Below are positions 7,318 through 15,320 of a stretch of 35,957 bases of DNA, piece after piece. The notes beneath the pieces were generated by a model. The model was not told where the DNA came from and searched no databases. It worked only from the letters and a program-made list of their open reading frames with translations. Within the stretch, counting starts at the first letter, position 1. Every line of letters starts with the position of its first letter. The translations under genes and the position numbers were made by a program. This stretch comes from an uncultured Muribaculaceae bacterium (GTDB taxonomy: Bacteria; Bacillota_I; Bacilli_A; RF39; UBA660): the NCBI GenBank assembly GCA_964443805.1, contig CAYUEQ010000002.1, forward strand, positions 1-35,957, given 5' to 3'.

Positions 7318-8218
7318 CTATTTTTATATCTTGATAATAATAATCTAATATTTCTCGATATTTTTTTCCTTCTTTAGCCATACCGTTAGCACCGTATTGG
7401 CTCATACCTACTCCGTGCCCATAACCTTTAGTAATTATATTTATATTGTCTTCACAACTTATTATTTCAAAATCTGTTGACCTTAGTGCAAATAAAGATC
7501 TAAATTCTACTCCTGTTATTTTTTTATTATTTATGTATAAATGTTCAATTCGATTACTTGAATTTCTTTTAATATTATTTATGTTAATATTACTACAGTC
7601 TATTTCTAATTTATTACAAAAATCATTTTTCGTAATTTTTGTTTCAAATATAAAATTTATATTGGTTTTTTCCCATGATGATTCAACACTATTTATATAT
7701 GGTAATTCTTGTTTAAAAACTGATTGGGAAACTTCTGTATAGCCATTACTCATTGAAAAATAAAATGCCGATATTATTTTATCATTATGTTTCATTACTA
7801 ACTGAGTTGTCGATGTAACAGCATCTTTTATTTTATTATAATATTGATTGTATTTATTATTCCATTTTTTTTTCATTGTTTCTTTTGTTATATATGCCTG
7901 ATCAGATGTAGTATCATCAAAATCATAATCTTCTCGTTTAGTCTTATTTGCAAGTGCATAACTTCGGGAAGCGATTGCTTGAGCTTTTAATGCCTCTAAT
8001 TCAAACTCTGCAGGCATTTCCGCTGCTAGTACGCCAATTATATATTCATCTAAACTTAATTTAATAGTTTTATTAGTATCAGTTATTTTGATTGTAAATA
8101 TATTTTCCTTTAATTGCTTTCCATCAACTTTTTTATTATTAACTTTATTGTTAAAACTAATAATAACTGCAATTGGAAAAAGAAAACAAATTAGTAAGAT
8201 TAAAGATTTGTTTTTCAT
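7307..8218 (-). CDS. spoIID: Stage II sporulation protein D (SpoIID lytic transglycosylase family)
   Basis: 303 aa. LDEYIIGVLAAEMPAEFELEALKAQAIASRSYAL, AFYFSMSNGYTE and GYGHGVGMSQYGANGMA are hallmark SpoIID/LytB-domain motifs. N-terminal signal/anchor present. Confidence 0.9.
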   Translation of the reverse strand: MKNKSLILLICFLFPIAVIISFNNKVNNKKVDGKQLKENIFTIKITDTNKTIKLSLDEYIIGVLAAEMPAEFELEALKAQAIASRSYALANKTKREDYDFDDTTSDQAYITKETMKKKWNNKYNQYYNKIKDAVTSTTQLVMKHNDKIISAFYFSMSNGYTEVSQSVFKQELPYINSVESSWEKTNINFIFETKITKNDFCNKLEIDCSNININNIKRNSSNRIEHLYINNKKITGVEFRSLFALRSTDFEIISCEDNINIITKGYGHGVGMSQYGANGMAKEGKKYREILDYYYQDIKIEKI

Positions 8219-8269
8219 AATTATCCCTCTATATAATAATACTATTACTTTAATTAATTAATCCATTAA

Positions 8270-8294
8270 AAAAATGTCATATTCCGACATTTTT
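8270..8294 (-). terminator. Intrinsic terminator after the DUF1146-like gene
   Basis: Minus-strand RNA AAAAAUGUC-GGAAUAU-GACAUUUUU followed by UUAAUGG. 9-bp stem overlapping the stop codon. Confidence 0.5.
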
Positions 8295-8481
8295 AAGGCA
8301 TTATAATAAAATCAGTTACAAAGTTTGTTATTAAATAACCTAAAGCAAAACTTAATAGTATAACTAGAATTCTTGCTTCCCATTTATGATTTTTTTTAAT
8401 AAAATTATCAAAGTTTATTCCGCTTATAGCAAATGCTGATAAGAGGATGAAAAAAACATAGAGATAGAGTTTATAAATCAT
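8293..8481 (-). CDS. Small two-helix membrane protein, YwzB/DUF1146-like
   Basis: 62 aa with two hydrophobic helices separated by INFDNFIKKNHKWEARIL, resembling the 'LNFe.llkk.r..qARlL' core I recall for B. subtilis YwzB. The spoIID neighbourhood is also as in B. subtilis. Confidence 0.45.
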   Translation of the reverse strand: MIYKLYLYVFFILLSAFAISGINFDNFIKKNHKWEARILVILLSFALGYLITNFVTDFIIMP

Positions 8482-8926
8482 CTTTGTTTCTCATTTCATA
8501 CACTGTTATTTTATCTAATCGTTTATTATGTCTTTCAACATTTGAAAATGGTGTAGAAATAAATTTTTGAACGATGTTTACAGCTATTTCTGGATTTATT
8601 TCAGATGCTAGTGCTATAGCATTTGCATTATTATGTTGTTTGGCTAGCACTACTTCTTCGCTATTTGATATTTTGGCACAACGAACATCTTTAACTTTAT
8701 TTAATGCAATTGACATTCCAATTCCTGATTTACAAATAGCTATCCCTAAATCAATTCTTTTATTTTTAATTGCTTCACCTAATGCAAAAGCTCTATCTGG
8801 ATAGTCTACAGCATCAGTTTTATCAGTTCCAAAATCTGTGATAATACAATCCATTTCTTTTAATTTTATTTTTATTATTTTTTTTAAAGCTACTCCATGA
8901 TGATCTGCAGTTATTCCAACTTTCAT
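8471..8926 (-). CDS. rpiB: Ribose-5-phosphate isomerase B (RpiB/LacAB family)
   Basis: 151 aa. MKVGITADHHG...DYPD...LGIAICKSGIGMSIALNKVKDVRCA...AKQHNNANAIAL matches the RpiB signature, including the active-site Cys region. Confidence 0.85.
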   Translation of the reverse strand: MKVGITADHHGVALKKIIKIKLKEMDCIITDFGTDKTDAVDYPDRAFALGEAIKNKRIDLGIAICKSGIGMSIALNKVKDVRCAKISNSEEVVLAKQHNNANAIALASEINPEIAVNIVQKFISTPFSNVERHNKRLDKITVYEMRNKDDL

Positions 8927-9936
8927 TATTTCGTTCCCCTTTCAATTGCTTTTTTAAAGTCTGGATATAATCCAATATTGTTTTCTCTATGTGGCGGCAG
9001 TTGATATAAATCATGTCCAGGAAATTCATTACCTTCAATTAAATAAGGTTTTTCTATTCCGACACATACATCCCATGCAATATAACCCATTTCTGGTATT
9101 ACTTTAGCAGCACTAATACATAATTCAATCACATCATCCCAAGCAGGTATTTTAAATCCTACTATATTTTTATTAGTTATAGGATGTTTAGTATATAAAT
9201 TCTGTTTTTTATCTATTGCTGGTACTTTAATAATACCATCTTTAATATCAATTTTGCTAGTCAAACCATCATTATTAAAATTATCAATTATATTATTGTT
9301 ATTACCAATTCTAAGAAATGCAGCTACAACTGTTATGGCTTTGCCGTTATTTATTGTAACTACTCTTATTGTATTAATTGAAGTAGGATGTAAATCATTT
9401 AATAATTGATGTTGTAATGCAACTTCTTCTACTAATAAAATTTTGTTTTTAACTAAATAATCATAAATAGTTTTTGAATCTTTATTTTTTACCTTTATTT
9501 TTTCTATTCCTTCTCCACAGGAAAGATTTAAAGGTTTACAAAATATTTCATCTTTCTTTTTTATAAATTCCAAAAATGTTTCATAATTATTATCTATATA
9601 GAGCCAAGATCTATTTAAATAATCGTTAAATGCTTCATTAAATTTAATTTTGTTATTAAAAGTTTCATTATAACTTAAATTATTAAGTTTTTTAACGATT
9701 GAATTATTTACACCTCTTGTAATTATTGTTTTTCGTTGTTTAGAATTTAGATTATACATTTCAAATAAATCATAATCGTTATATCCAGCTTGATATTTTA
9801 AACCACAAAAAATTACATCTAGAAATACCAATAATTTATTTTTATTAGTTTTAGTAGATATTTTACTTATTTTATTAAAAAAATTGGAATAATCCATCTT
9901 AAAAATTCTTTTTATTAAGTACTTTAATTTTTCCAT
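8926..9936 (-). CDS. ATP-grasp family protein (sugar-transfer-associated ATP-grasp type)
   Basis: 336 aa. The N-terminal segment ...LDVIFCGLKYQAGYNDYDLFEMYNLNSKQRKTIITRG... and the core FCKPLNLSCGEGIEKI...LVEEVALQHQLLNDLHPTSINTIRVVT are typical of that family as I recall it. ATGA overlap with rpiB suggests co-translation. Confidence 0.5.
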   Translation of the reverse strand: MEKLKYLIKRIFKMDYSNFFNKISKISTKTNKNKLLVFLDVIFCGLKYQAGYNDYDLFEMYNLNSKQRKTIITRGVNNSIVKKLNNLSYNETFNNKIKFNEAFNDYLNRSWLYIDNNYETFLEFIKKKDEIFCKPLNLSCGEGIEKIKVKNKDSKTIYDYLVKNKILLVEEVALQHQLLNDLHPTSINTIRVVTINNGKAITVVAAFLRIGNNNNIIDNFNNDGLTSKIDIKDGIIKVPAIDKKQNLYTKHPITNKNIVGFKIPAWDDVIELCISAAKVIPEMGYIAWDVCVGIEKPYLIEGNEFPGHDLYQLPPHRENNIGLYPDFKKAIERGTK

Positions 9937-9982
9937 AAAAACATCACGTATTGATTATAGCAAATAAAAACAAATAAATAAA

Positions 9983-10195
9983 TTATTTGTCTTTATTATT
10001 TAAATTATATTTACGATTGAATTTTTCTATTTTACCAGTTTTCTTTGCCGTACCCTGTACTCCAGTGTAAAACGGATGACATTCACTACATACTTCTAAG
10101 TTTATTTTATCTTTCATTGATTTAGTTTCAAATGTAAAACCACAAGCACATTCAACTTTAGAAGTTTTATATTCTGGATGAATTCCCTTTTTCAT
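9983..10195 (-). CDS. rpmE: 50S ribosomal protein L31 (Zn-binding type A)
   Basis: [26 protein letters not shown]...[11 protein letters not shown] place the start at 10195 (GGAGGAG then 5 nt then ATG) rather than the track's 10213. Confidence 0.92.
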   Translation of the reverse strand: MKKGIHPEYKTSKVECACGFTFETKSMKDKINLEVCSECHPFYTGVQGTAKKTGKIEKFNRKYNLNNKDK

Positions 10196-10248
10196 TTTTT
10201 CTCCTCCCGCCATAACTAACTCTAGTTATAGTAATTTCTTTCTTTAGT

Positions 10249-10276
10249 ATTATAACATATTCCATTAGTTGTGCAA
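10249..10276 (-). promoter_or_regulatory. Candidate sigma-A promoter with extended -10 for rpmE
   Basis: The minus strand reads TTGCAC-N16-TATAAT, with TG two nt upstream of the -10 (TGTTATAAT). It abuts the stop codon of the upstream membrane-protein gene. Confidence 0.4.
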
Positions 10277-10798
10277 CTATTTTTCTTTCTTAAATGTAGA
10301 CATTAATTTTCCAACTAAAAATATTATTTTTTCATCATACTTTTCAGCTATTGTTTTTCCTGCTGCTTTACTTCCAATAGTAATTGAAGAGATCACAGCA
10401 CTTACAATCATTGTTGTAACAGTTTGATTTAATGAATATTTTAAACAAATATTAATCGCTAAAACAGTTCCTAAACCACCACTGATAATACCACATATAT
10501 CTCCAACTACATCATTACAGATGTTAGCAATAATGCTTGAATTTCTAAGTAAATAGACTGTTTCTTTAGCTCCTTTTATTTTCTTAGCTGCTTTAGCATG
10601 GAATGTTGATTCTTTACTTGTAAGCACAGATGTTCCTACTGCATCAAACATAATTCCAATAATAATTACTACAAGAGTTATAATTATTAACGAAATCATA
10701 TTTCCATAATTACCTATTACATTAGTTATTCCACTAAAAATAATTGCAAGAAAAAAAGAGAGTAAAATTATTTTAATGATCCATCTCTTATTTTTCAT
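10277..10798 (-). CDS. Integral membrane protein resembling an isolated DUF21/CNNM transmembrane module
   Basis: 173 aa with ~4 hydrophobic helices. FDAVGTSVLTSKESTFHAKAAKKIKGAKETVYLLRNSSIIANICNDVVGDICGIISG loosely parallels the DUF21 'FsgsEtAl.sls..rl..la..g...A..v..Ll.....ll.tiLigNnlvni' pattern. No CBS/CorC domains follow. AAGGAGAG SD present. Confidence 0.4.
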   Translation of the reverse strand: MKNKRWIIKIILLSFFLAIIFSGITNVIGNYGNMISLIIITLVVIIIGIMFDAVGTSVLTSKESTFHAKAAKKIKGAKETVYLLRNSSIIANICNDVVGDICGIISGGLGTVLAINICLKYSLNQTVTTMIVSAVISSITIGSKAAGKTIAEKYDEKIIFLVGKLMSTFKKEK

Positions 10799-10829
10799 CT
10801 TACTCTCCTTATTATGGTTATATTATAAA

Positions 10830-11175
10830 TTAATCCTACGGCTTAAGGTCGAGTTGAATTTCTCCGATTATCTACCACCAGTTACCCGAAGGCGATTTCT
10901 CTTTAAAGATAACGATTATTGGTCTCCCAAATAATGACTCGATTGCCACTTAGTCCGTATTTCAATCCTTATAATATATACACTCTAGAGGTTTTCCCTA
11001 ACACAAATTGATTATCCTTATTCGCTATTGAAATTAAAAATAATTATGACTTATAGTTATGTGATCAGCATAACACATCATTATTCTTTTTAACTCGCAC
11101 GACATGCGTTGCAATGATGAATTTTTAGCCCCATCTTCAGATAATGTATGCGACTAGAATAGTGCACCACAGATA
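10830..11175 (-). ncRNA. Candidate structured RNA or long 5' leader of unknown class
   Basis: A 432-nt gap (10799-11230) has no ORF on either strand and is visibly more G+C-rich than neighbouring spacers. Hairpins on the minus-strand reading: AUUAU(U)UGG-GAGA-CCAAUAAU (10935-10915, GNRA loop); GCC-UUCG-GGU (10893-10884); CAUCAUU (11119-11113) pairing with AAUGAUG (11082-11076) and enclosing CGCA-UGUCG-UGCG (11108-11096). The tetraloops are stable types only on the minus strand. Boundaries are approximate. Confidence 0.35.
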
Positions 11176-11230
11176 ATTAAAGTATATCATATTATATGAA
11201 ATATTTGTAAATAATAAACACATTTTTATT

Positions 11231-11974
11231 TTAATCTAGCCAATTATCTGTTATATGTTCTCCTATTAATCTATATCCTCTATAATTCAAATGAACACTT
11301 TTAGGATTTGGAATTAATTCTTTATTTTTATTTATTATGCTATTTACTTCGATAAAAATAAAATCATGTTTTTTACTTAATTTAATAAACTTTTTGTTAG
11401 TATATTCAAAAATATCAGTAAGTATTGAAGAGTTAATATAATTATCATTTGTAATTGGATTATAGAATCCTAAGATATATAAATCTTTTTTATAAATGTT
11501 TTTAAGATATTTAATAGCTTCATCCATTTTAACAAATATTTGATCAACATCATTTATCATTGTTTTATATTCTGTAGATTGAAGATAATTATTGTTTATT
11601 TTTAATTTATAATATAAATCAGTTGAACCAATCGTTATTGTTACTAAGTTTGCTTTATTTATAGCTTCATTTATAGAAATGCTTTTGTTATTGATAATTA
11701 TTTCTTTATCACTTTCAAATTGATTAACTAAATCTTCTATTCGCATATCTTCTTCAGCAAAGTTTTTAGTATAAAATTTTAAGATATTTTCCTCTTCTAA
11801 ATATTCTTTTATATAATCTGAGTAACTATAACCAAAAGTATTATAAGGTGTTTCGCCTAAAGTTATTCCATCCCCTAGCGCTAAATAATAAATTTCATTT
11901 TCTTTTTTTGTGTAATATATCATAACCGTTATACACATTGCGATTATAATCGTTAGTATTAATTTTTTACGCAT
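11231..11974 (-). CDS. SGNH/GDSL-like hydrolase-fold protein with degenerate catalytic motifs, membrane-anchored or secreted
   Basis: 247 aa with an N-terminal hydrophobic helix. Block I reads LALGDGITLG (Gly where the nucleophile Ser is expected), block III VTITIGSTDL, block V KSVHLNYRGY (His kept, Asp absent). Confidence 0.55.
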   Translation of the reverse strand: MRKKLILTIIIAMCITVMIYYTKKENEIYYLALGDGITLGETPYNTFGYSYSDYIKEYLEEENILKFYTKNFAEEDMRIEDLVNQFESDKEIIINNKSISINEAINKANLVTITIGSTDLYYKLKINNNYLQSTEYKTMINDVDQIFVKMDEAIKYLKNIYKKDLYILGFYNPITNDNYINSSILTDIFEYTNKKFIKLSKKHDFIFIEVNSIINKNKELIPNPKSVHLNYRGYRLIGEHITDNWLD

Positions 11975-12005
11975 TAAATTCCTCCAAAAAAAAGTAGTAT
12001 TACTA

Positions 12006-13262
12006 CTATTTTATTTCTTTGAGTTCAATTTTAGCACCAACTGATTTTAGTTTATAAATTATATCTTCATATCCCCTTAATATATGTTCCACATCTAAAA
12101 TTTTTGTTTTTCCTTCAGCGAGTAGTCCTGCTATTATCATTGCAGCTCCTGCTCTTAGGTCTGTAGCGGTTACTACTGCACCTTTAAGAGGTGTTTTTCC
12201 TTTTATGATGGCACTTTGTCTAGTAGATGTAATATCTGCACCCATATTGATTAAATAACTAATATGCCCCATTCTGTTTTCATATATTGTTTCTTCAAAT
12301 ATAGATGTTCCTTCACACTGGGTAAGTAATACTGACATTGGTTGACCTAAATCTGTTGGAAACCCTGGATAAACTAATGTTTTTATATTAATTGATTTTA
12401 ATTTTGGGGCAGTTGTTATTGTAAGTTGATTTGATTCTTCTTGTAAATCTACTCCTATTTCTTTTAATTTTGAAATTAAAGATGAAATATGTTTAGGAAT
12501 GATATTTTCTATCACTAAATTTTCTCCTAGTAATGCCCCGATTATGACATAGGTCCCTGCTTCTATTCTATCTGGTAGTACTTCTGTTGATCCTTTATGA
12601 AGATAATCTACGCCTTCTATTTTTATTTCACTTGTACCTGCACCAGTAATTTTAGCACCCATATCATTTAAAAAATTAGCAACATTTACAATTTCAGGTT
12701 CTTTAGCAGCGTTTACAATACTTGTTTTTCCTTTAGCTTTAACAGCGGCTAGCATTAAATTAACTGTAGCACCTACACTAGCAAAATCTAAATAAATTCT
12801 AGCTCCTTTTAATTCATCAGCGATAAAAGTATATTTATTTCCTTCTATTTTAATTTTTGCTCCAAGTTTTTCAAAACCTTTAATATGAAAATCAATTGGA
12901 CGACTTCCAATATTACAACCACCTGGAAAATACATTTCTACTTTTTTAAATTTACCTAAAAGTGCACCCATAAAATAATATGATGCTCTTAATTTTTTTG
13001 ATTCCTTTTCTGAAATGGTTATATTTTTAATATTACTAGTATCAATTTTCATTATATCTTCTTTAATTTCAACTTTACCATTTAACTTTTGTACAATTTC
13101 AACTAAGTCTTTTGTATCAGAAATATTTGGTACATTTTCAATAACAACTTTTTCATCACATAAGATAGCCGCTGGTATTAAAGCTACCGCACTATTTTTA
13201 GCACCACTTATCTTTATTTTTCCTTTTAATTTTTGTTGACCTGTTATTTCAACTATTTTCAT
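12006..13262 (-). CDS. murA: UDP-N-acetylglucosamine 1-carboxyvinyltransferase
   Basis: MKIVEITGQQKLKGKIKISGAKNSAVALIPA..., active-site loop PGGCNIGSRPIDFH (Cys present), ...LRAGAAMIIAGL... Start moved to the ATG at 13262 (GGAGG then 5 nt then ATG). The track begins at an upstream GTG. Confidence 0.92.
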   Translation of the reverse strand: MKIVEITGQQKLKGKIKISGAKNSAVALIPAAILCDEKVVIENVPNISDTKDLVEIVQKLNGKVEIKEDIMKIDTSNIKNITISEKESKKLRASYYFMGALLGKFKKVEMYFPGGCNIGSRPIDFHIKGFEKLGAKIKIEGNKYTFIADELKGARIYLDFASVGATVNLMLAAVKAKGKTSIVNAAKEPEIVNVANFLNDMGAKITGAGTSEIKIEGVDYLHKGSTEVLPDRIEAGTYVIIGALLGENLVIENIIPKHISSLISKLKEIGVDLQEESNQLTITTAPKLKSINIKTLVYPGFPTDLGQPMSVLLTQCEGTSIFEETIYENRMGHISYLINMGADITSTRQSAIIKGKTPLKGAVVTATDLRAGAAMIIAGLLAEGKTKILDVEHILRGYEDIIYKLKSVGAKIELKEIK

Positions 13263-13273
13263 ATTTACCTCCA

Positions 13274-14110
13274 CTAATTAATTAGAGTTCTTATTTTTTC
13301 TCTGATTACTTTTTTCATATTGTTTTCTCCGGCTGAAATAATTTTTCTTGGATCATAAATCGAATTATTTTCTTCTTTTAAAATAAATTCTCTTACTCCT
13401 TTTGACCAAGCAACTTGTAATTCAGTATTAATGTTTATTTTTCTAACTCCATTTTTAATGCTCTTTTTAAGTATTTCATTCGATAATCCAGTTCCACCAT
13501 GTAAAACTAATGGCTTTGATGTTTTTTGATGAATTTCATTCATTAGTTTGAAGTTAATATTAGGTTTAGTTTTATAAAGTCCATGAACTGTTCCTAATGA
13601 AGGCGCTAGCATATCGATAGAAGTTGAACTACAAAACTTTAAAGCTTCTTCAATAGTAGTATATTTATATTCTTCAATAACTGTGTCTTCTGTCCCGTTT
13701 ATTATACCTAATTCTGCTTCTATTAAGGCGTTTTTTGCATAATCGGATACTTCATTAGTCATTTTTATGTTTTCTTCTAAATCGTTTAAAGACGCATCTA
13801 TCATAATAGAGTCAAAACCGGCATCATAAGCTTTTTGGCAATCTTCTACAGTATGTGCGTGATCTAGATGAATAAGAACTGGAATAGTTATATTTAAATC
13901 TTTTATTAAACCTTTAACTATTCCGACAACTGTGTTATAACCACCCATATATTTAGCAGCACCAGTACTAACACCTAAAAAAACTGGACTTTGTTCTTCT
14001 TCACAAACTTCTAATATATATTTAGTCCACTCTAAATTATTAATATTAAATTGAAGTATTGCTTTATCTTTTTTAAAAAAATCATCTATAATTTCTTGCT
14101 TGTTTTTCAC
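13274..14110 (-). CDS. fba: Class II fructose-1,6-bisphosphate aldolase
   Basis: 278 aa. AILQFNINNLEWTKYILEVCEEEQSPVFLGVSTGAAKYMGG, VLIHLDHAH, LVLHGGTGL and ININTELQ are canonical class II FBA motifs. GTG start preceded by GGTGATAAG. Confidence 0.9.
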   Translation of the reverse strand: MKNKQEIIDDFFKKDKAILQFNINNLEWTKYILEVCEEEQSPVFLGVSTGAAKYMGGYNTVVGIVKGLIKDLNITIPVLIHLDHAHTVEDCQKAYDAGFDSIMIDASLNDLEENIKMTNEVSDYAKNALIEAELGIINGTEDTVIEEYKYTTIEEALKFCSSTSIDMLAPSLGTVHGLYKTKPNINFKLMNEIHQKTSKPLVLHGGTGLSNEILKKSIKNGVRKININTELQVAWSKGVREFILKEENNSIYDPRKIISAGENNMKKVIREKIRTLIN

Positions 14111-14129
14111 TACTTATCACCAATTTAAC

Positions 14130-14157
14130 TATATAATGCTTCTATTAAATTTGTCAA
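14130..14157 (-). promoter_or_regulatory. Candidate sigma-A promoter for fba-murA
   Basis: The minus strand reads TTGACA (14157-14152)-N16-TATATA (14135-14130), ~20 nt upstream of the fba start. Confidence 0.4.
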
Positions 14158-14170
14158 TTAAACAACTTAA

Positions 14171-14713
14171 TTATTTACATAAATATGTAATACTTAAAAA
14201 CAACAATATCACAATACCAATTATGTTAGAATAATTGCCTAAAGTTTTTTTCGCAAATTTCCCTACTGTTAAACCTGTTAAAGTGAAGATAAAACTAAAT
14301 AACGAGAAAATAAAAGCTGCTAAAATTATATTGTTAGTTATTGCGAGTAGACCCATTCCTGTTACTAAACTATCAAAACTAACACTTAATGAAAAGATTA
14401 TTATACTTAAGTATGTTAAATTAATTTCTCGGTGGAACGATTCTTTTTTCAAACTTTCTTTAATCATCGATAAGGACAAAATTAATAAAACCAATCCAAT
14501 AATCAAGTTAAAATCTATTTTTAAATGGACAAATATTTCTATTCCTATTTCTAAACCTATAAAAGGCATTATAAAATGAAATAATCCTACACTAAAGGCG
14601 AGAATTAAATCCTTTTTAAATGAATTATGACACATACCTAAAGATAACGATAAAGAGAATGTATCCATACTTAATGCAATACCTAAAGTTATTAAAGTGA
14701 TTAATTCAGACAT
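14171..14713 (-). CDS. mntP: MntP/YwlD-family (DUF204) putative manganese efflux membrane protein
   Basis: 180 aa. LGIALSMDTFSLSLSLGM at the N-terminus and a second internal repeat (SLSVSFDSLVTGMGL) are typical of the two-repeat MntP fold. The ywlD-like position near spoIIR/prmC matches B. subtilis. Confidence 0.7.
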   Translation of the reverse strand: MSELITLITLGIALSMDTFSLSLSLGMCHNSFKKDLILAFSVGLFHFIMPFIGLEIGIEIFVHLKIDFNLIIGLVLLILSLSMIKESLKKESFHREINLTYLSIIIFSLSVSFDSLVTGMGLLAITNNIILAAFIFSLFSFIFTLTGLTVGKFAKKTLGNYSNIIGIVILLFLSITYLCK

Positions 14714-14752
14714 AAATACTCCCCTAAATAATCTTATTTAATAAAATTTTTT

Positions 14753-15286
14753 TTACCTCAAATATTTATCAATTATTTTTTTTATAAAAAATTGATATTC
14801 AACATCATCGATATTATCATTTTCTTTTGCTTCCATTAAACAAAGAGGTGGAAATAAAACACACCACCAATTACTTCCTTTTCCTTCACCTAATGATACA
14901 ACTAAAGATTCATACATACCTTCTTCATATTTAATACCTTTGTATTCTTTTTCCGGAAAATAATTTTTACCAAAATTTATATTAAAATCTTGATTATAAT
15001 TATTAACTTCTAAAGTTTTTTTTATGTTTTTTGATAATACCGGAATTTTATTTTCAATTATGTTTCTGGCAATATTAATCTCAGTAGTATCTTTGAGTAA
15101 TGTATAAACTGACTTTTCTAAGTCTTTACGAACTACACTTTTTATTGTTTGATCTTCTTTACTATTGCTATTTGCTATAACTCTTATTCTAATCGCTTCA
15201 TTTGGAATTTTTATTTCTGTTGCTTCTGTTTTTGGAAACAGTAATATTACTCCTAATATAATTATAAATAATAAAGTTTTTTTCAA
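14753..15286 (-). CDS. spoIIR: Stage II sporulation protein R (pro-sigma-E processing signal)
   Basis: 177 aa with a signal peptide. IRIRVIANSNSKEDQTIKSVVRKDL and GKGSNWWCVLFPPLCL are hallmark SpoIIR motifs. TTG start. Confidence 0.88.
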   Translation of the reverse strand: MKKTLLFIIILGVILLFPKTEATEIKIPNEAIRIRVIANSNSKEDQTIKSVVRKDLEKSVYTLLKDTTEINIARNIIENKIPVLSKNIKKTLEVNNYNQDFNINFGKNYFPEKEYKGIKYEEGMYESLVVSLGEGKGSNWWCVLFPPLCLMEAKENDNIDDVEYQFFIKKIIDKYLR

Positions 15287-15288
15287 AA

Positions 15289-15320
15289 TAGATCACCCTA
15301 AATTAATAATGGGTGATCTA
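15289..15320 (-). terminator. Strong hairpin: terminator of prfA-prmC that also occludes the spoIIR ribosome-binding site
   Basis: 10-bp perfect stem UAGAUCACCC / GGGUGAUCUA with a 12-nt loop, then UUUUG. The U-run runs into the spoIIR UUG start (15286). The only SD-like sequence (GGGUGA) lies in the 3' arm. Confidence 0.55.

Noticed and set aside
3941-8804. Antisense ORFs 3941-4141, 5660-5878, 5924-6136, 6197-6433, 7446-7742 and 8574-8804 (+), and 8823-9038 (-)
   Set aside because: Each lies wholly inside, or largely overlaps, a longer ORF with clear family motifs (agrC, orf215, spoIIID, spoIID, rpiB, ATP-grasp). They lie on the opposite strand or, for 8823-9038, in another frame of the same strand. 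Their translations are low-complexity.
10986-10993. Palindromes CTCTAGAG (10984-10991), CTTAAG and GTGCAC inside the spacer
   Set aside because: These self-complementary 6-8-mers have no loop. They are compatible with restriction-site-like chance palindromes and are not evidence of RNA structure on their own.
11007-11135. Mini-ORFs in the spacer: MGLKIHHCNACRAS (minus strand), MRCNDEFLAPSSDNVCD (plus strand)
   Set aside because: They are 13-17 codons long, have no SD, and lie within predicted helices. The Cys/His content is intriguing, but there is no supporting context.
10799-11230. Known RNA classes for the long spacer: RNase P, tmRNA, SRP/scRNA and 6S RNAs; T-box, M-box, Mn (yybP-ykoY), guanidine (ykkC), cobalamin, TPP, FMN, SAM, lysine, glycine, glmS, c-di-GMP and fluoride elements
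   Set aside because: Universal signatures are absent on both strands. These include GAGGAAAGUCC, GGGGxxG...CCACCA, GGUCCGGAAGGAAGCAGC, GGGUGGUACCGCG, GUUAGGUGAGGCU, GGGGAGUAG, CUGAGA and GCCACUG. Only short partial matches were seen (AGGGAA, GGGAGACC, GGUGGUAG). This is a memory-based comparison, so a covariance-model scan is still needed.
10799-11230. Pseudogene remnant in the long spacer (for example rho, glpX or tdk, which lie near rpmE/murA in B. subtilis)
   Set aside because: Six-frame reading gives only stop-riddled fragments of about 30 codons or fewer, with no motif I recognise (no Walker A, no Rho RNA-binding or ATPase motifs). Decay beyond recognition cannot be excluded without tblastx.
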